64,000 nt of DNA, from assembly GCA_051294375.1 (NCBI GenBank), contig CM119265.1, positions 27,230,932-27,294,931 of the forward strand, read 5' to 3'. This document shows positions 13,001 through 23,437 of this stretch, one piece after another. Position 1 is the stretch's first letter. The number at the start of each line of letters is the position of its first letter. The translations under genes and the position numbers were made by a program. The stretch comes from Paraspadella gotoi (taxonomy: Eukaryota; Animalia; Chaetognatha). The notes beneath the pieces are model-generated. The model did no database searches. It was not told where the DNA came from and was given only the letters and a program-made list of their open reading frames with translations.

Positions 13001-13613
13001 CACTGATTCTGTGCTGGGGGTTCGAAGGGCTCGCATTATGCCGTACACGTTCTTTCCTGGTGAGGAAGAGCGAGGATTTAAATGTTTCTGATAAACAAAC
13101 GACAACGATTGAAATTAAAGCAGAGAAATACTTATAAAATCGTTAATTCCGAATTCGTGGAAAACCTGGAACGGCCTCGCCATCGGCGATCCCAAACGGA
13201 TACGAGACGTTGTATTCATGGACGTAAGCCTCGAGGCCGATCTTCCTCATTGCATCGACGAGCCACTCGGCGGGGATCGAGCGACCAGCGGCTTCGGCCT
13301 GCGGCGTCAAGGCCGCGTGGAAGCTGTGGATGGATTTCTCGTCGTAGTATTCGCCTGAAGTGATTTGAATGTTAATTTGGTATTTTTATTGGTTTACTCT
13401 CTCGTTCTCTCTCTTTCCCCCCACCGACTTACCTTGGACTAAGCCAGGCAGGAGGGCGTTCTCGCTGAAGTAGGTCCCGTCATTGTATCCTCGATAGGCG
13501 AGAATAAGGAGATGGGCGACGCCGGTCAAGTAGGAAAGAAAGCAAAGGGCCTTAGAGTTCTTTTTGATAAACTTAATGATCCTGGCGCCCAGGCGTTGTT
13601 TGACAATCGTCAT
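10007..13613 (-). CDS. GPAA1: GPI transamidase component GAA1
   Basis: Multi-exon gene: TYFSENALLPGLV, PGKNVYGIMRALRTPSTESVVL, YWAKDIIVLVTD, GMAAWLEAYH, GLNGQLPNLDLVNL, ESIFRSLNNLLERFHQ, TM segments (LTNFSLALL), last exon GYFPLWLLMW..HQKKED*. Confidence 0.93.
10296..10479 (+). mobile_element. Family A copy 4 (internally deleted), in the last GPAA1 intron
   Basis: TGAGGCGAATCCTAAATTCG..TCCCCTCACGGTCACGCTGGTTAAGTGTGATGGTGTCGGC..GGCATCACA..GTTGCCATA, with long near-identical blocks shared with copy 1. Flanks are ATAC / ATAT. Confidence 0.7.
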
Positions 13614-13719
13614 TTTTTTTTTCAAATTACTAATGGTGAGAAAAAAAATTGACTGACATTATTAATATTATAGTAAATATTTGACGAGTTTACCGTTTAT
13701 TGGACATTCATTCAATGTA

Positions 13720-14240
13720 TCAGGTTTGCTTTTTATGTATCTTATCATATACGAACTTAGCCGAAACCACATCTTGCACGGTCATTCCTAAGTTTTTAAA
13801 AATCGTGGTTTTGCTTCCCACGTCGCCTTCTCCCTCGATAAATTTTCCTTCTTGCCGACAACGCAGCGCGACTTCGCCCAACTCCGCCTTCATTAAATCC
13901 ACAGCACCGCTCAGGATGATGTCGCCAGCTTCAGAGGCAGCGCCGGTACGACTGTCGACGATCACGAGGCTCTCCCTGACCAGACTCGCCTCAAGCACTT
14001 GCTGGTCACTCCCGGGGGCGCCGGCGGCATTTATGTGGGAACCAAGTTTGACAATACTCTTAAACAAAATGGGAGTCGTGGCCAGCGTGGCCGTGACAAT
14101 GACGTCAGCGTCATGAACAGCTTCTTCAGCCGAATCGCAGGCTAGAACGCCGAACTCCTGGGCAAAGGCTTCCCTCTTCTCTTTTGGCGGGCTCCCGGAC
14201 AAGTTTTAACACTTCTAAATGGCTGCGCGCCTGATGCCAC
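13720..14240 (-). pseudogene. 5'-truncated, frameshifted tandem duplicate of mu-crystallin
   Basis: Matches the C-terminal half of the adjacent CRYM. It lacks an ATG and the N-terminal half, and has a 23-nt deletion at GGA microhomology (~14193) between HQARSHLEVLKLVR and SPPKEKREAF. Confidence 0.85.
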
Positions 14241-14476
14241 TATAATAACCAAATTAGATCAAGATGATGAATTAAAATTTATTCAAAATCAAATAAAGTA
14301 GCTATCACAGATGAGTCCCATTAATTAAAAAACAGATAAAAAAACAAAACAATTGTAATAAATATTCATTATAGATTTTGATTAAAACCTGATTAAATAA
14401 AAAAATAATTGAAATTTAACTTTTGAGACATCAATTATATATTAGTCGCCCAAGGGGTAGTTTTTCATTTGTATTT

Positions 14477-15430
14477 TCAACCACAAATTTTGTCATAAAC
14501 AAACTTTGCTGATACAACATCCTGAACAGCCATTCCCAAATTTTTAAAAATGGTGGTCTTGCTTGTATAGTCGCCCTCTCTATCACAAGATATTCCTTTT
14601 TGTTGACAGAGCAAGGCAACTTCACCCAACTCTGCCTCAATTGAATCCACAGCACCGCTTAATATAATGTCGCCAGCTTCTGATGAAGCACCAGCACGAC
14701 TGTCCACAATCACACGGCTCTCCCTGACGAGACTCGCCTCAAGCTCTTGCTGATCACGCCGGGGGGCACCAACGGCGTTGATATGGGCACCAGGTTTGAC
14801 AAAACGTTTTAACAAAATGGGAATCTTAGCCAATGTAGCTGTCACAACAACATCTGCATCACGAACGGCTTCCTCAGCTGATTCGCAGGCCTGGATGCCA
14901 AAGTCCTGGGCAAAGGCCTCCCTTGACTCTTTGCGAGGGCTCCAAACAGAGATGGTCTCAAAATCCCGGACCAGCCTCAATGCAACCAAGTGGCTGCGGG
15001 CTTGATGCCCTGACCCAAGGATGCACAGTTTTTTGGAGGATTTTGGCGCCAAGTATTTAGTAGCAACAGCGGAGACAGCAGCTGTTCGCATCTCAGTAAT
15101 CACCTCTCCGTCCATTAGGCAAAGTACCGACCCATTGTCCGGATTAAACAAGATAATTGTAGCGTGATGCGTTGGGACGTCAGTATTATTAGGAAAAAGT
15201 GTGACCATTTTAGTCGCCAGTGCCTTGTCCTGGGCGCTATATCCTGGCATACTGAACAAAAAGCCATCTTGTTCCTTTACGGGAACCGTCAACCTTACAG
15301 GCTGAACGATACCCCCTTCCTCGCCTTGGGAATATCTGATCATAGCTTTTTCCATCAAGGGAATCAACTCTTCCATGCTGAGAGTTTGACGGACGTTTTC
15401 CGATGAAATTTGTAAAATAGGTTTGCCCAT
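14477..15430 (-). CDS. CRYM: Ketimine reductase / mu-crystallin (ornithine cyclodeaminase family), intronless
   Basis: MGKPILQIS..VQPVRL..MDGEVITEMRTAAVSAVAT..LCILGSGHQARSH..HINAVGAP..FKNLGMAVQDVVSA. Confidence 0.93.
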   Translation of the reverse strand: MGKPILQISSENVRQTLSMEELIPLMEKAMIRYSQGEEGGIVQPVRLTVPVKEQDGFLFSMPGYSAQDKALATKMVTLFPNNTDVPTHHATIILFNPDNGSVLCLMDGEVITEMRTAAVSAVATKYLAPKSSKKLCILGSGHQARSHLVALRLVRDFETISVWSPRKESREAFAQDFGIQACESAEEAVRDADVVVTATLAKIPILLKRFVKPGAHINAVGAPRRDQQELEASLVRESRVIVDSRAGASSEAGDIILSGAVDSIEAELGEVALLCQQKGISCDREGDYTSKTTIFKNLGMAVQDVVSAKFVYDKICG

Positions 15431-15660
15431 TTTGACTGCTTTGGCAACGAAAAAAAATAAAATAAAAATAAAAACGAAATCAACGGAGTTATACAAAACT
15501 TTAGCTAGTGAGTTAACAAGTGCACCATAAAACCGTGTAACAAATATGCCATATACACTTTATTCAAAATATGCTCATTGCTTATTAATAAGTTCCTGAA
15601 TCGAAAAACAAACAAATTACAAAATATATGCCCAAATGCGACGAGCTAAATTTAATAATT

Positions 15661-17343
15661 TTAAAACCCAATGAAGACCCCGTCGCTCCTTGGGTCACAG
15701 CCTCCGATCCAAGCAATTGTCGACCCTTCAACGTCATCAACAAACGATTCTCTCCGAATCACGTGACCTCTTCCAAACAAAGTGCGATCAAATCCTCTCA
15801 AAGGGCCGACGACAGAATGTCCACGCCTTTCGAGTTCGCGGTCGACCTCGGCCGGTATACCTTCCTCCAACGATACGTCCCCGTGAGAACCCTCATGGCC
15901 GGGACCGACGCAAAAGCGCGGGACCTGCAGCGCCTCTTGTGGACTCAATCCACGCAGGATCATGTTGAGAAGGACTTGCACGTGACCCTGCGGCTGCATG
16001 AACCCGCCCATGACGCCGTAAACGGCGATCAATGAAGAATCAATGGGCGAAGTCACCATGGCCGGAATTATAGTGTGGTAAGGCCGTTTGAGGGGTGCCA
16101 CGCAATTTGCGTGACCCTCTTCAAGAGAGAAATTCAAACCACGATTGTGAAGCGAAAACCCACAATTTTCAGGAACGATTCCCGTTCCGAATCCCATGAA
16201 GTTGCTGTTGATAAAGGAGCAGGCATTGCCGTTAGAGTCGACAGCGCAGAGGTAAACTGTGTCACCTTCGCTAGAGAGAGAATTGACACCGATGTCGCTG
16301 GAGACTGATTTTAAAGCCTCGTCGTTTCTAATCAGCGCCGCCCTCGATCGCGCGTATTCTTTGCTCAACAGCTTTTTCAGAGGAACGTCATAGTGGACGG
16401 TATCGGCGCAGTGGCGCTCGGCGTCGGCGAAGGCCAAACGAATCGCCTCGATGAGAAAGTGGAAGTAGTCGGCCGACCCGGGCGCCGCCGATTCGAGCCG
16501 ATCGCCGAGAGCGTCGAGAATGTTGAGAGCGATTAGGGCCACGATCCCCTGACCATTGGGCGGAATTTCCCAGAGACGATGTCCGCGAAAATCGGTAAAG
16601 ATCGGCTCGACTTCGTTGGAGGCGTGGCCTTGCATGTCCGCGGTCGTCAAGACGCCTCCCGCCTTTTGGACCGCAGCGACGATGGATTTCGCTATGAGCG
16701 ATTCGACATCGTAGAAAGTCTTTCGGGCGCCGTTTTCGCCAAGAGTCTTCATGACCCTCGCGAGTTTCGGATTGCGGAAGACGTCGCTAGATGAGGGACT
16801 CCTCGGCCCCAAGTCGTCCATCACTAGGAGATCTTCGCCCCAGGAATTGTCCGGTCGGCGGAGGAGGCTTTCGCCGGATTTCCACAGGTGCTCCACCCAG
16901 GGGCCGACGCAGAATCCTGACTCGGCGATCTCGACGGCGGGTTGGAGGATTTCCGCGAAGGAGAGACGATGAGAGCCGAAGAGGCGAAGGGCGTCCTCCC
17001 ACGCGGCCGCCGCGCCGGGCACGGTGACCGCGAAGCCGTGCGTCGGCGGAATGCCCTTGGAGAACCCAGAGGCGTCGACCTTCTCCAACGTCAATCCGGC
17101 CGGCGCTCTTCCCGATCCGTTGAGGCCACGCACACGCTTCGTAGCGGCGTCGTAGAAGAGGCAGAAGGCGTCGCCGCCCAAACCCGTGGCACAGGGCATG
17201 GTAACGCCCAGCGCCGCTGCCATAGCGACGGCGGCATCGGCGGCGTTGCCACCCTGCTGCAGAATCCGCAGACCGGTGTGGGAGGCAAGTGGCTGCGAGC
17301 AGGAAACCGCGCCGTGAGAATGTCGAGCCGGGGCGGAGGTCAT
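15661..17343 (-). CDS. Gamma-glutamyltranspeptidase, YwrD-like soluble type, intronless
   Basis: SQPLAS..GGNAADAAVA..GLGGDAF..GLNGSGRAP, nucleophile context GDTVYLCAVD, FSLHNRGLNF, KRPYHTIIP, GVMGGFMQPQGH, DPRSDG. No N-terminal TM anchor. Confidence 0.93.
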   Translation of the reverse strand: MTSAPARHSHGAVSCSQPLASHTGLRILQQGGNAADAAVAMAAALGVTMPCATGLGGDAFCLFYDAATKRVRGLNGSGRAPAGLTLEKVDASGFSKGIPPTHGFAVTVPGAAAAWEDALRLFGSHRLSFAEILQPAVEIAESGFCVGPWVEHLWKSGESLLRRPDNSWGEDLLVMDDLGPRSPSSSDVFRNPKLARVMKTLGENGARKTFYDVESLIAKSIVAAVQKAGGVLTTADMQGHASNEVEPIFTDFRGHRLWEIPPNGQGIVALIALNILDALGDRLESAAPGSADYFHFLIEAIRLAFADAERHCADTVHYDVPLKKLLSKEYARSRAALIRNDEALKSVSSDIGVNSLSSEGDTVYLCAVDSNGNACSFINSNFMGFGTGIVPENCGFSLHNRGLNFSLEEGHANCVAPLKRPYHTIIPAMVTSPIDSSLIAVYGVMGGFMQPQGHVQVLLNMILRGLSPQEALQVPRFCVGPGHEGSHGDVSLEEGIPAEVDRELERRGHSVVGPLRGFDRTLFGRGHVIRRESFVDDVEGSTIAWIGGCDPRSDGVFIGF

Positions 17344-18600
17344 GACTACGGAAAATTTCGTAAACACAATGAGAATCTTGAGGCGCTTCTGCTCTTCCTT
17401 TTAATCTCATCCGGTGCCCGCTCAAAATCTGTCACGTCGAGCAAAGTGACGACCGAAATCTGATCTTTGTTGACGTTGCCATATGCCAGAAATAATAATT
17501 ACCACGCAATCGCAGAATAAAACATGTTCAAACATGGAAAATCCGAAAGCCGTGAATATTAAAATTATAATATTAAATCGAAAAATATCTAGACTAGAGA
17601 TATTTTAAAATATTATAAAAAATGTAATGAAGGAAAAAAAAATTGAAACGATCCACCTCCTTCGGTTGAAGTCGACGCCTGGATGTAAACAGGAAAGAAG
17701 AAGAAGAAGAAGAAGAAGAAGAAGAAATGAGGAAAGAGTCTGTATTAATTAAAATTAATATAGAAAACGGAGGGGCGATATTAATATTTGTTGTGATAAA
17801 ATTAGTAAATTGAAGCAGTTATTATATGTTATTTTTTAGTTTTAGGTGTAATAATTTAAAGTTTAGAAGCACATGTTTTATAATAAGAAGAAGAAAAAAT
17901 AGAAGAAGAAGAAGACGAAGTCTCGAACAAAAGACAAAATTGATTCGTTTCGTAAATAAAATTATTATAAAATGTATTTAAAATATTTCATAATTTCGGA
18001 AGATTTTAGTACATGTGCATGTTTGCTCTTTGTGGACCCAATTAATGAATATTTGTTTTAAATCCTGGAGGGGTTTTTTCATTTTTACTTTTTTTCTAAA
18101 TTTATTTAGATTTTAAAATTAGCAAAGAGAATTTGTTTTTAATTCGACAACGATTTTATTTTTTAATACAAAACAGACATATTTCGACTTTAATGTAAGC
18201 TTTAATATTTAATCTCCTAACACAACTAATCGAAAGAATTTTCGCAATGATTTTAAAATTTTATCGTTCTTAGAATTAAATTTAGTCTTTTAATCTCTGG
18301 ATCTTAAAATTTCCTCACCCATTTATTAATTTATCGCTCTTTTTTATTTTTAGGGACCACAGCTTTTGCAGCACGGCTTATGCAGGAGCCTCAGTCGATT
18401 TTGCCAACTTAATGTTTACTTAACTGCGCATTTATCTAAACAAATAACATTTCTGATAGGCGTTCAAGCTTTCAGTTGTCCCCCTCGCCCGCGTGGGAAG
18501 ATAATTCAGACGAAGTAAATTTCATTATTCGTGCGGGTATTAGTATTAGTTTTACTACGCATTTATCCGACTTCATTTTCTAGCTCCTCTACCCCTCAAC
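17344..18600. promoter_or_regulatory. AT-rich divergent spacer, putative bidirectional promoter region
   Basis: The only head-to-head junction in the dense region (GGT vs SMPD1) and by far its longest spacer. Promoter function is inferred from position only. Confidence 0.45.
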
Positions 18601-20605
18601 ATGCTCCTCCGCGTTTCCCTGCTCTTACTCCTTTGGACCGTCTTCCTGGACGCGGCACCAGTCACAGCGCCTCTCTTAGCCCGGGACGGCGCCGCGGCGC
18701 CGGATGACGAGTCGATCCTCTCGTTAAACTTGGTCGAAGCTGAGGCGGCGGTGGTTCGATTCTTCAAGAACGACCTCTCAATGTCGATCGCCAGAAAGAA
18801 GCACCATTTCCGGACCCTCTTCACTTGTGACCTCTGCAAGACGGCCACGTATTTCATCGAGCGCGTCTTCCGATGGACGAAGAGCAAACGGACCCTCATC
18901 AGTCGGACCATCTCTTTCTGCAAATTCTTTCGCTTTGAGGAGGACGACGTCTGTGAATCCATAATCCCTCTCTACGCGGACATGGTGATCGACGTGGCGC
19001 GGAACACCTCGCTCACCGGCGACCAGATCTGCGGCATCATATTCGGCAGTCAATGCGCCGGATCGATCGGCGTCCAGTGGCGAGTGAAAATCCCCTCCAG
19101 CCCGCCCAAGCCGCCGGTGCGACCGCTGCGTCCGCCGCCAAAAGGCTCACCAACCAAGCGGATCCTCCACTTGACCGACACCCACATCGACTTCCAGTAC
19201 GCGCCCGGAACCAACGCCGACTGCCCGCGCCCTCTCTGCTGTCGCAAAGAGGCCGGAGTAAGCGAAGACGCCGACGACTCCGCCGCTGGATACTGGGGAT
19301 CGAACCTCAAATGCGACACGCCGCCCTGGACCTTCGTGGATCTCCTCAAGAGGCTCAAGGAGCAGGAGAAGCAAGAGGGAAAGTTCGACCTCATCTACTG
19401 GACGGGCGACGTCCCCGCCCACAACATCTGGAACCAAAGGCAGCCGGATCAACTCACCGTCATCCAACGAGTCGCCGATTTGATCGACGCCGCCTTCCCG
19501 GACACGCCCATCTTTCCGTCGCTTGGCAACCACGAGGCGTCGCCGGCCAACTCCTTCCCTCCGCGCGACTTCGACGGGAACCACTCCATGTCGTGGCTCT
19601 ACGACCGACTGGAGAGAAACTGGATTCGCCGGCTGCCCAAGGGATTTTCTCCCGACACGATCAAACGCGGCGCCTTCTACTCTGTGCTGGTGGAACCCGG
19701 CTTTAGGATCATCTCCCTCAACTCCAACTATTGCAACAACCTCAACTTTTGGCTGCTGCTCAACACCACGGATCCGCTTGGCCAGTTGGGTTGGCTCGTC
19801 GACGAGCTGCTCCGGGCCGAAGCGGCCGGCGAGAAGGTCCACATCCTGGGCCACATTCCGCCGGGGCTTCCAGATTGTCTCAAGTCGTGGTCCTTTAATT
19901 TTTACAGCATCGTCAACCGGTTCGAGTCCACCATCGCCGGTCAATTCTACGGACACACCCACTTTGACGAGATGGAGATCTTTTACGACGAAGCTACGCT
20001 CAAGGTTACCTAATGCTTTGGACATTGATTTAATAATGATTGGATAAATATAATTATTCAATTCAAATTTTTAAAATTATTCAAATTTTACTCCAAAGCG
20101 TCCCGTCAACGTCGCCTACGTAGCGCCTTCCGTCACCACCTACGTCTACTTGAACCCCGCCTATCGCGTCTATACCGTGGACGGGTCCCGTCAAAACTCG
20201 ACGCGTTACGTGACCGAGTCGGAGACGTACATCCTCAACGTTACTCGCGCCAACCTGGAGAATCGTACGACCTGGGAGCGGGAGTACGCAGCGACTGAGG
20301 CGTACAATCTGACGACGCTCTTCCCCGCGGATTGGAACGGCCTCGCCCACCGCATGGTCGAGGATCGTCCGCTCTTCGACAAATACATCCAGCATTTCTA
20401 CAACTCGTACGAGAATCACGAGACGGACAGCGACGCCGACATTCTTTGTCGGCTCGTGACGGGAAGGTCGGACGATCCCGATCTTTGTAAGGAGATCGTC
20501 AAGGATTTCAAGGCTGCAGAGAAGAGGAGGAAGAGAGAACGCCACGCCCCTTCCGGTTCGGATGACGACCAATTCGTCTTCAAGAAAGTTCCCAGCCTTT
20601 GCTGA
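18601..20605 (+). CDS. SMPD1: Acid sphingomyelinase
   Basis: Exons 18601-20004 and 20099-20605. Signal peptide, saposin domain (CDLCK..CESII..CGII..C), Pro-rich linker, and metallophosphoesterase motifs HLTDTHID, WTGDVPAH, LGNHE, GHIPPG, GHTHFD, APSVTTY..NPAYRVY. Confidence 0.95.
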
Positions 20606-20898
20606 TGGTTTTAACCTCAATTGCTGTCTATTATTCACGGTGAAAGTAGTTTTATTTCTATTATTATTTATTCGTCGTAATTTCTCTTTACTTGTTCGAA
20701 CCGTTTTACCAATGTTTTTATTATTTAAAGTTTTTATAATTCAAAGTATTTCTTTTTGCCTTGGTTTTTAAATAGCTGTCACTCGCACTTTTGCGACCTA
20801 ACCTTCTTATTTTTCATTTGCAGGTCTTTTTAAATACGGAGAGATTGAGGCTTCCTTTACCTACTCAAAAACTTTTACGTAAATATAAAAAATAAAAA

Positions 20899-23155
20899 AT
20901 GACGTCCGGGACTTTGTATTGTTATCCCGATGATTTTAAAGCCTTTAAAGGACTCATCGCGGCCGAGTATAGCGGGGTCAAAGTCAAGGTTAATTTTCCT
21001 ACTTTTAACTATATTTAATTAATGTTTTGCAATTAATATTTCGTTTCGTCGATCAAGGTGCTATCATCTCCTCCCGATTTCGTCCCCGGGGAAACTAATT
21101 CTTCCCCGGAATTTCTCGCCAAGTTTCCTCTCGGGAAAGTCCCCGCCTTCGAGTCCGTTGACGGGAAATGCTTCGCCGACGGCAACGCCATCGCGGTTTT
21201 TCTCGCCGGCGAGCAGTTGAGGTACAATGTAATATGAGTTAACAATTATTATAGTATATTTGTACGTTATTCTTTCTTCGTCTTCTTTATCGTCGCCTTT
21301 GCTGTCATTAAAGATTTTATTTTTCGTGAAAATTAGTCGATGTTTTTTCGAACGAATACACATACGTATGGATTCAGTGAAAAATGTTCGCATTTATTTC
21401 TCTTAGCCATTTGTGTTAATTGGAATCAAGTTCGTTTCTTTCTGATATTTCAGATTTATTATATTTGACTCAGGGGTAAAACGCTTGATCATAAAACGGA
21501 AATTCAACAATGGATCTCGTTCGCTGACAACGAGATCTTACCCTCGGCTTGCACATGGGTTTTCCCTTACCTCGGACTCATGCCCTTCAACAAGCAAACC
21601 AACGAGCGGGCTAAGACGGATCTCAGGTCCTTTCATTGTTTTATCGTAATGATAAATATTTGTTAAATATGACGATTTTTTTGTCGAATTGTCAGACGGG
21701 TTCTTCAAGTTCTCAACGATCACCTCAATCGAAACACTTTCCTCGTGGGCGAAAGAATTTCCCTCGCCGATATTTGCTGTTGCTGCAATTTGATCCTCGC
21801 CTTCAAACACGTCCTCGATCCCGGTAAACTTGATGATTATTTTAGTAGTAATAATAGTAATTTATTTGTGACAATGAGATGTATATAAAACCCCGCCCCT
21901 CTTCCAGAGTATCGCGTCGGTTTGAACAACTTGACGCGATGGTTCGTGACGATCGTGAATCAAGCGGAAGTGAAGCGCGTCGTCGGCGAAGTCGTCCTCT
22001 GCAGCAAACCCGCCTCCTTCGACGCCAAAGCCGTCTCCGAGTTCGCCGCCGCCGCTGGACGAGGCGAGGGTCGTCAAAGGTCCGCCTCGGGACGGAAGAG
22101 CGAATCCAAATCTGCCGAGGTGCTTGACCGATTGAGTTTAAACCAAAGTTAAACAAAGTTTAATGAAACTTTTATATCCGAAATCCTTTTAATCTATATG
22201 GCAAAAATTTTAGGAATAAGTTTTGTAATTCTCTTTGTGCCAGCAGATCGTTTACCGGTACGACGAAAGCACGAAGGAACGAACCTTCATCATGGTCAAA
22301 CCCGATGGCGTTCAGCGCGGATTGGTCGGCGAAATTATAAAGGTAGTTAAGCCGAAGTGAGTGGGTTATGAGTGTTAAAGTAGTTGCCTTTATTTCTTCG
22401 ACGACCCACTCCAGAGGTTCGAACGTCGAGGGGGACTCAAGCTCGTCGCTCTCAAGTTTGTCGTCGCGTCGTTGGAACTGCTGCAGCAGCACTACGCGGA
22501 TCTCGCCGCCAAACCCTTCTTCAAGGGGATGGTCGCCTACATGGCTTCCGGCCCCGTTGTTCCCATGGTTTGGGAAGGATTAAACGCCGCCAAAATTGGA
22601 AGGATGTTGCTGGGTGAGTCGTGCGCCTGTTCTGAAAAGTGTCTCTTCCAGATGGCTTTATACGTTTTGTTTTCTTAATATTTATTTCATTTTAGGCGAG
22701 ACTGATCCTCAGAAGTCGTTACCCGGAACGATTAGGGGTGACTTTTGCTTGGACATTGGGCGAAATCTCCTTCATGGTTCGGATTCCGTCGATTCGGCTG
22801 CAAAAGTTAGTTATATAAGTTATATTATAACGATTGAGGGATATGTAAAAATACATATTACTATAAATTGGTATTTTCTTTTAGGAAATTAAATTATGGT
22901 TTGGCAACGACCTTTCCGACTGGGCGCCGGCATCGCAGTTTCACGTTTACGAACCGAAGATGATCGAGGTGATATTTGTAAATATTCTGCGGGACTTATT
23001 TAATTACATGTATAAAATATGTATAAAACATCAATGTACAGGAAAGCAAGAAAGGAAACAGCGAGAAGAAAAAGCCAAGCGGAGAAACGAAGAAGAAAGA
23101 AAAGAAAATGACGAAAGAGGAATTGATTGCGGAGGCGATGGAGGAGTACTCTTAA
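20899..23155 (+). CDS. Fusion: eEF1B-gamma N-terminal GST-like domain + group I nucleoside diphosphate kinase + Lys/Glu-rich tail (450 aa)
   Basis: Ten phase-compatible GT-AG exons: 20899-20988, 21058-21221, 21474-21626, 21696-21823, 21908-22119, 22244-22342, 22415-22613, 22696-22805, 22885-22968, 23042-23155. GST part: [74 protein letters not shown] part: [39 protein letters not shown]. Confidence 0.82.
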
Positions 23156-23437
23156 CCGTCCAATTAGATCCGGGGATCCTTCTCATCGATCAATTAGATC
23201 CGGACATCTCACCCTCGAATCTCTCAAAAACTTGTTTAAAGTAAAGGAAGTCTCATTCTCTCATTGAAAAACGAAAAGACGCTAACGTTTACACTTTTGT
23301 TTTGTCAAGCCGTTCGTAGTATTTGGCTTTTTTTTTTTTGCGATTTACTTAAAAATTAAATTTTAAATATTTTTTAAGTGAGGTTTTTTATCGTTTACTC
23401 ACCAACCAGAAAAAGTTAGACGTAATCACATTGAACA

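Noticed and set aside
19147-20061. Long antisense and alternate-frame ORFs over SMPD1 (likewise over GGT and PITRM1)
   Set aside because: These are shadow ORFs caused by GC-rich codon usage, with no recognisable motifs.
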